Of a stretch of 64,000 nucleotides of DNA, positions 56,996 through 64,000 are shown one piece after another. How positions within the stretch are numbered: the stretch's first letter is position 1; each line of letters starts with the position of its first letter. The translations under genes and the position numbers were made by a program. The stretch is from Strigamia acuminata. Taxonomy: Eukaryota. The stretch is from contig OX442314.1 of NCBI GenBank assembly GCA_949358305.1, positions 32,860,001-32,924,000 on the forward strand. Direction: 5' to 3'. The notes beneath the pieces were generated by a model. It did no database searches. It saw nothing but the letters and a program-made list of their open reading frames with translations, and had not been told where the DNA came from.

Positions 56996-58009
56996 TGTCG
57001 CGCCCCTACTTCGCTCTCGCTGACTCGTGGGTTGATTACTTAATTCGACTAACTCACTACCGCTTTGCTCAAGCGGTTTACCCAAAGAAATGATTACACA
57101 GATATAAAAGGTAAAATATAATATAGATTTATTCTGTGGGACAATGTACAGATATATCTTATATATATATATGAAAGGTAAGTAAAAGGTAAATCGGAAT
57201 GGGTGCTGGGAATGGAAAGGTAAAGGTAAGATGAAAGCTGGCTGGAATCGGCGAGGTCGTCTGTTGTCTCGTTCGTGTCCAAGATGGCGTCCTCGTTGTG
57301 GCAACGTGATGTCGTCTTGGGCCGGCGTGGCAATATGGCGTCCTCGACTCGTCTCTGGCTGGTCCTTCGGGCTCACGCTGGTCAGGCGCGAGTGAATGCT
57401 TAGTTAAAAGGCTTACTTCGGTCTGTTGTCTAGGTTTTTGTGTGGTGTCCGGCGATCACACAGCGGCGGACTCTTCTGGCTCCCGGCGGTCACACAGCGG
57501 CGGGAACACTCGTCGTTGTTTTACTGCAGTTTAGGCTTGTGCGACCGTTTGTCTGCACAACTCGCTAAACTGGAGTGGTTTTTACTATTTCTAGCTGGTG
57601 TGCTAAAATAGTGTGGTAATCTTATCTCGCAGGTTACTCTGCGGAGTTTGACACTGACCAAACGTACTCACGGTAAATTGTCCTTTGTCCTTGGTCAATC
57701 CCAGTATATTTACTTGGGCCTGATCTTGTAGGACGACGGGTTTACGTGTGTTTCTCGTTTGATGGTTGTGTTGGTTCTGCCCGCTCAGTGCAAGGCACAT
57801 TCCTTTGCACAAAGCGGGGTTGACAGGTGACCGGAATCACCCAATGGTGGGGTGGACGAGCCATCCCCACTCCCTCAGGGCAGACGCCTGTCCATTGACT
57901 AGATGTCAATGCACTGAGGGAAGGGAGACGCGCTTGCGGCTCCCCTTACACCCGAAACGAGGTCACGAGAGAAACTCTTCGTTGACCCCGGTCCAGTCGG
58001 GTCACCACA
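56996..58009 (-). repeat. Gypsy-B 3' LTR, 1014 bp
   Basis: Bounded by the PPT and by the break in BTB homology. TG...CA ends; begins TGTGGTGA like the Gypsy-A LTR. Confidence 0.85.
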
Positions 58010-58045
58010 CTTCCCCCTCCGAGCTCAGACCGTGGGGCTGAGCGA

Positions 58046-61000
58046 TCACTTCTTTTCTGGGGGACCCGACACTGAGTCCGTCACCTGGGCGTAACTCACT
58101 CCAGGGACAGGCGGTTGAGTGCCGGGTGGCGCGGGTAGATCGCCTACTAGCGCCGAGGACCGATCACGGGGGTCCTCATGCTCCGTAATGAAACATAATG
58201 CATGGCCGTCAACTGGCTCATGCGGGGCACGCGTCCTCTCGTGTAACCAAACGCTCGGGATGTAGGCGGAGAAGCCGGTGTTCGTATGCCGGATGGCATT
58301 GGCTTCCGCTGGCGTCACTGGCGCACGGTGGGCTCTCAGCAACCTCTGGTGGAAGATGAGGTCTTTAGTCTTCCGGATCTGGTTGTGAAGCCAGATGAAG
58401 ACCGATTTGCCTTTGTCCCGCTGTGCGAGGATAAACCTCCTGGTCGCCGTTGTCATCGAAAGATGGGGAAACTCGTCGATGATACGCCCATAATAGTCTG
58501 GTGGAGGCGGTGCCGGCTTCGGCTTCTGGGTGGCCGTGGGAATTACGGCTTGCGTCGTTGTCGCCGCTCGGGCCGGTGGGGTCCCGGGCGGTGTCGGCTT
58601 CGTTTGCTCGACGGACCTGACGGGTGGCGTTCGGCACAGCAAGCGCTTTGGTTTACCCGCCACTTCGAACAGGGCGGGTCCTTGCGGGGATATCTCCGCA
58701 GGCATCGGTGGCGGAATCGGAACTCCGCTCGTCGGCGAGATCACCATGTCTACATCCTCTGCCGGTTCTTCCGTCTGGACGGTCAAGGCGCGCAGTTGTT
58801 GGGTAGGCGCCGCTGTCCAGGTGGCGGAGGTGTAACGAAACGCCGTGCTTCGCAACTTGTACCCTTCAAATTCTGGGTTTACCACATCCCTGGTTAGCTC
58901 GTAGCGAGTCAACACAGGGTCGGGCAGAATGGAGCTCCACTCTGCGAGGAGTGCACGGGGAACCTGTACACCCTCTCTGTCCACGACAGACCATGCGGCC
59001 ATCGACTGACGCCCTTCTCCGAAGAGTGCTGGGGTTAGCAGCTGCATCATGACCTTGGTCAATGATAACTGTAGGCTGCGACGATTCACTGGATTCGATC
59101 GCTCTGAATCCGCAGTGAAGGCACGCGAGAGCTTACTCATCATCGCGGTTGCCCATTCGATAAAATATCGCTGTGTTTGATCCACACCTCGCAAGGCGGG
59201 CGCGGAGACTCTTGGGTCTTCCATCACGAAGCGAAACGCTGAGAGCTTGGAGATAGTCGGGTTGGCGGCTTCTCTCGCGAGTCGCGCTTCTTCGTCTCGC
59301 CTCTCGAAGAACAGGGCCGAGGAACCGGGTCGGGGTCGGCTCGGCCTGTAAATGCCGGTCAAATTGGCTCGACATTCCTGCATAATGCTCTGTCCAACGG
59401 GGAGAAGGACTGAGCGGTCGGTGGGTAAATCCGGCGGATCGCTCGAATTCAGCAACGACGGCGGCGGCAGGTTCGGAGGCGGCTGCGTCTTGGTCGGCAG
59501 CGTTGGCGTCGGCAGCGGTGGTGGTGGCTGCGTCGGCGGTGGTGGCGTCTCCGTCGTCTGCACCCCAGTCATGGCGACTTGGGGCGCCGGGAGATGTTGT
59601 TCGGAGCTTGAGGGCTGCACGATGGCGGTTGGCATGCCATCGGGTCGTGGTCGCGAATTTATGTAGTCTGCGAGCCACCTTGCCACCTCGTGTGGGGTCA
59701 CCATCCCGTCGGTGACAACACCCATCTTCCTGGCGTGTTTCATCGCGGGATCGAAACGTGTCAGTTTCGTCCGCTTCATCTGAGTCAGAATCTCGCGAAG
59801 GTCCCGCGTATCTGCCGCTGGGACGTTTCGCTCACCTGACTGGCTACCACTTCGTCGACCCGCTCTCTTGGAGATGTAGGCGGGTTCGGGGATGGGACGG
59901 CCCCGAGCTTCGCACCTCGCGAAGTATCGCTCCTTGCGATCTCTTTTCCGCTGCTCGCGATGAGTCAGCGGACGTCTAGAAGTGCTGGGACGAGAGACTC
60001 GCTCTTCGTCACCAGACATCCAAACCTCCTTGCACTCCTTACCGTCTTTAATCTGACGGTTTACGAAAATTCGCGGTCGGGAATACTGCGAAGGGTCACG
60101 CACCGTACTAGTGGATGGCCCAGCTTCGTTGCCTTCAGTCGTGTTTTGAGTGACACGCTGCTTCTTGGTTGTCACCGGGGAACGCGACTGGCTGTTCCCG
60201 GCGCCTTTGGAGCGCTTGCGCTTCCGCGGGTAGCTGCTCTTGGGCCCCAAAATCCCCAGGTGGTGGAGCTGCCACATCTCGGCTTGGGACGTTAAAATTC
60301 CCATCCGAGGTCTCCACTGGGGCGTACTCTCCCCCAATCGCAGTCTCTCAAACCACAGATGGATATCATCCGCGGTCATCCCCTCGTTTTGGAGGATGCG
60401 CTCGGCCACTGCCGCAGCGGTATCCACCAGCTGTTGCCTATACTGCTGATAGATGGCCTCACGGGCCTCTTCTGTCTCGGCTGCTCGCCACGCATGCAGC
60501 ACGTGTTCCTCCGCCGGGTTGCCAGTGTACTGACTTGACAATCCGGGGTGGAAAATTGGCGATTTCGGGTCATCGTCACGAGCTAACTCTGTGGCGATGC
60601 CTTCGCGCATCCCCTCCGGGAACGTGTCCAGGAGCGTGCAGTCTCGTACCCAACGTCGGGCGATGCATCGGGAATGTAGTATTCGCAGGCGCCAAGGGTC
60701 GGCGTCCTCGCCGAAACATCGTCGGTAAAATTCGGGCAGCGCGCCTCGAAATATCCCGCCACGAGCGATGCAAGCGGGGTCTAATGGTCCCCATGTTTTA
60801 CGTAATGCCATCTGGAAGGATGGAGAAATAAACAATTACTAAAAAGTTAATATTAAATACGTAGATAAATGGTTGGTTTCGAGGGACGTTGCCGATACGT
60901 GCAGCCGTCCGTCGAGACCGATTCCTGTCTATCGGTGCAAACGTAGGACGAATTGTCCCTCGTCGGATAGAAAAAAGAGAAGTCATCACGTAAAAATCTG

Positions 61001-61747
61001 TCTCATGTCCAAAACGCACAGCGAGACGGAATCGAGCCTTTAATCTGGATTCTTATCATCAGATTTTACTTCAAATTAATTCTAACGTTAATTAGGACAT
61101 TACTAATAATTAAATTAATAATTATCAGTCATTCGTAAAAAGAATTCGTCGGGTGTAAATTATTACTAAAATTGCACAATAAACGTGTTTGTCGAAATTT
61201 TATTAAATAAATAAACCTAATAAAGAATTATTCCGAAGTCGGACTTTGTCTAATTTTTTAAAAGAAGTTAAAGTCAAATTAAATTTATCTAACACATCGA
61301 AAAATTCATCGTACGAATGTTAAGTTGCATCAATTTGATGCGTCAAATTACTTGTGGAGAAAAATATTCTTTTACAGAATATTCTCCCCTTGTCATAAAA
61401 TTATTTATGGCTCGAGCCCATTGTCTCGCTCGTGACTCATGTCATGAGGAATTTTCGAGACGCGAGGCGACGTGAAGTCTGCGATCGCACCCCGAAAACA
61501 ACTTAACAAGGAAAAAATACGATCGTGTGAGCGATCGCGGTTAATAATTAATTATACGCTATTGTGAGTGCAAAGCACTCATGTCAGGTATTAGTCAAAC
61601 AAAATTTCTTCTTCAGCAGCACGGAACTAATTCTCATGTGCCGATGCCGACTTCTACCTGATCGGGTGGGACTTGGTTTACATCGTGGTCCCAGTTTGCC
61701 TCGTCCTCGTGCTCGATGGCAAGCACGTCGTTCTCTTCCTCGTCCAT
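58046..61747 (-). CDS. Gypsy-B third gene (non-env), predicted spliced: exon 1 61747-61658, exon 2 60811-58046, ~951 aa
   Basis: GCCATGG start, a 30-codon acidic exon, CAG|GTAGAA donor, and a pyrimidine-rich acceptor ...ttctccatccttccag|ATG in phase 0. The 921-codon exon 2 ends just before the PPT. Confidence 0.75.
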
Positions 61748-62236
61748 GGCGAGGAGCGCGCACAAAAAGCTCAATCACGATTGAAAAAGGATGATAAAAC
61801 TATCTCAAAAACTCGGTAAAAACTCGGTAAAAATGTTAAAAACGAGGATCACGCACGGACGCAGCGATCAGCTGTGAAAAGCGGAAGTCCGTGTGAACAC
61901 GAGGTAATCGCGATGGATTCTGGGTAATATACTCCAGAACCCGGGTGTTTGAGACTAGTGCGCACCTACCCGTGCGCATGTTACGCTACGGGTCTCCTTT
62001 GTTTTCACTCCCGTGCGCGATTGCTGCTACGGGGTCTTTTGCACGCGGTATTCGACCCGTGCCGATAATTTTGCGACGGGTCCCGCGTTTCCACGCCATC
62101 TCGTGACGCGAAGTCGACCGATATCCGCTTTGTTGGACTTAGCGAAATTTTCAGAGTCTCGGATTTTGATGGCTAGCGCTGCCGATCGGTCATTTTTTTT
62201 TTGTTTTTCAGCGTCGCCATCGACTCGTAACGTTTT

Positions 62237-64000
62237 CTACTCCTTTCCTACGACCTTTCCGTCTTTTATAAACGGATTACTTCTACGGGGCCGCAGGTGA
62301 TGAGTCGAGACAGGTACGACGTTTTTTGTTTTTAGTGTCTGTACCTCCTCATTATTGTTTTCTTTTTTATCCGTGTTTTTTATGTTTGTTTCAGGAGTTT
62401 CTCCTGTTTCCCCCCCGACCAAAATTGGATCCGGAACGGATTCAACTATCTCGTTTACCGGAGGTGAAGGGGCGTCGAAATACTCCTCGTTGTCACTTGG
62501 CGGTGCTTTTTCCGACTCGCCAGCGAACATATCGACGATTTGGCCGTCAGTTTTAGACTTGACTTGGCCTTTGGCCCACATTTCTTGCGGGAATTCCGGA
62601 ATGTACGGAGTTAACTCTCGTACTTGTATCGATTTATGCTCGGTATTGTCCTCGAGCTTACGTAATTTATACGCGTTACCGCCATGCTTGCCGATGATCA
62701 CATACGGACCATCTCTCTTGTCGGCCAAGTTGGCGGTGATTCCTCTCGCTGCATTTGAGAGGGTGTGTGCATCTTTCCACACCAAATCATTGATCTCGAA
62801 ATTCACGAATTTTCCACCGCTTTTATCTTGTAAAATGCGGTCGCGCATGTTAAAAATGTGCGCCATCATATGTTTGTATGTGCTCGAAATTGTTTGCTCC
62901 AATTTATACACATACTCATGTGGTTTCTCTGGGTCCACCACATTTACCGACTCTGCCACTCGTGGGTCCCAAGGCACTCGTAGCTCTCGGGCGAAGTTGA
63001 GGTAGGCCGGAGAAAAATCTCTCGTCCTCGAGACTGTTGTTCGTATGCTGAACGCGATCTCCCTCAAGTATTCATCCCACCTATTGTGGATGTCAGTGAA
63101 TATGCTTAGTGCATATTTAATGTCCCTGTTGAGTCGCTCAACGGGATTTGTTCTAGGATTGTAGGTCGAAGTATGTGACGCCACAATCCCGAATTTTTTA
63201 CAAAACTTACCCCAAATTTTCGAGATAAATTGGGGTCCGTTATCGGATATTATTTTACGTGGAAATCCGTAACGTAACGCCACGTCGTAGATACATTCAA
63301 CGATTTTCTCTGCTGAAGGTCTAGCGACGGCGTACAACTCGGGCCAACGAGTCGCCACGTCCATTATAACGATAATGTACGCATTTTTATTTCCCGTAAT
63401 GGGTTTTGGGCCCATCACATCGACACTTAAACAATCAAAAGGCGCGTAAGGCCCTAAGAAGATAGTTTCGAATGGTGATTTACTCCTCGGCTTGCACGCT
63501 TGACATCGCTGACATTGGTGGACAAAAAGAGCAATATCTTTTTTCATCCCTGTCCAGTGAAACAGCTGTGTAGCACGATAGAGTGTTCTGCTTACTCCCG
63601 CATGGCTCGCAAGCGGGTGCCCGTGTAACAACCACAGCACGCGACCGATTAAGGAAGCAGGTATTACTACCTTTACTGCGGTGTCCGATTCACTCAAGTC
63701 ATCTTGGTGATTTGGGTGATGTTTCACCAAAAGGCCGTCATCCAATAGGTAATCTATGGATTCGTGTGCGTAACGACGCTTCTGCCTTCTGGTTAAGTTG
63801 GGCGGATATTTTCCTGTCAGTACGAATCTAGCTCTGTCCTGACATTTCTTGTCTACTTTTTGTTGCACAATTATTTCTTCCCTTGTCGGGGGATTGCTTT
63901 GCATCTGCTTGCCGACATGAGCGTGGAAGGCGCTTAGAAGCGGGTCATTTATTCTCCGCTCTAGCTTAAATTCCTTCTTTGCATCTGGGTAATTGTCAGC
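62237..64000 (-). CDS. pol: Gypsy-B Pol C-terminal part (integrase and tail), open to the window edge
   Basis: HGHPLASHAG..CQRCQAC, ISDNGPQF, VERLNR, DGPY. Confidence 0.95.
   Translation of the reverse strand, partial: ADNYPDAKKEFKLERRINDPLLSAFHAHVGKQMQSNPPTREEIIVQQKVDKKCQDRARFVLTGKYPPNLTRRQKRRYAHESIDYLLDDGLLVKHHPNHQDDLSESDTAVKVVIPASLIGRVLWLLHGHPLASHAGVSRTLYRATQLFHWTGMKKDIALFVHQCQRCQACKPRSKSPFETIFLGPYAPFDCLSVDVMGPKPITGNKNAYIIVIMDVATRWPELYAVARPSAEKIVECIYDVALRYGFPRKIISDNGPQFISKIWGKFCKKFGIVASHTSTYNPRTNPVERLNRDIKYALSIFTDIHNRWDEYLREIAFSIRTTVSRTRDFSPAYLNFARELRVPWDPRVAESVNVVDPEKPHEYVYKLEQTISSTYKHMMAHIFNMRDRILQDKSGGKFVNFEINDLVWKDAHTLSNAARGITANLADKRDGPYVIIGKHGGNAYKLRKLEDNTEHKSIQVRELTPYIPEFPQEMWAKGQVKSKTDGQIVDMFAGESEKAPPSDNEEYFDAPSPPVNEIVESVPDPILVGGETGETPETNIKNTDKKENNNEEVQTLKTKNVVPVSTHHLRPRRSNPFIKDGKVVGKE

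Larger units (their letters stand above)
56996..64000 (-). mobile_element. Ty3/Gypsy LTR retrotransposon (Gypsy-B), 3' part; continues beyond the window
   Basis: Integrase closely related to Gypsy-A, a long ORF3, PPT GGAGGGGGAAG (58020-58010), and an LTR reading TGTGGTGAC...GCGACA. Confidence 0.93.

Noticed and set aside
58046..60835. Calling Gypsy-B ORF3 an env gene
   Set aside because: The position fits, but I see no signal peptide, transmembrane anchor or Cys-rich ectodomain; the composition is basic and Pro-rich.
61584..61778. Arg-rich 64-aa ORF in Gypsy-B
   Set aside because: An alternative frame of the acidic exon 1; only the acidic frame is conserved with Gypsy-A.

Overview
AT-rich eukaryotic DNA, probably an arthropod; the species cannot be determined from sequence alone. 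The left half (1-33 kb) is a tandemly duplicated array. It holds three apparently intact 11-exon ionotropic receptor (IR/iGluR-like) genes on the minus strand, IR fragments, an intronless SRPK-like kinase pseudogene with a 3' fragment copy, and many intronic transposons (TA-targeting CCGTA MITEs, a hAT element with two nested MITEs, 3-bp-TSD MITEs, Tc1/LINE/LTR relics). The right half holds a 3-exon zinc-finger gene and an intronless BTB-BACK-propeller gene cluster hit by three LTR retrotransposons: full-length Gypsy-A (37977-47247), full-length Copia (47627-52400) and partial Gypsy-B (56996 to window end). Top finding: both Gypsy elements carry a non-env third gene in the env position, predicted to be spliced. 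The two versions share an acidic 'NWD' first exon and a C-terminal 'HQRLLRAHRAP' domain, but the predicted products are about 950 aa (B) and about 150 aa (A). Second finding: all three IRs have only one hydrophobic segment where M1 and the M2 pore loop should be. All gene models and alignments were made by eye; no database searches were run.
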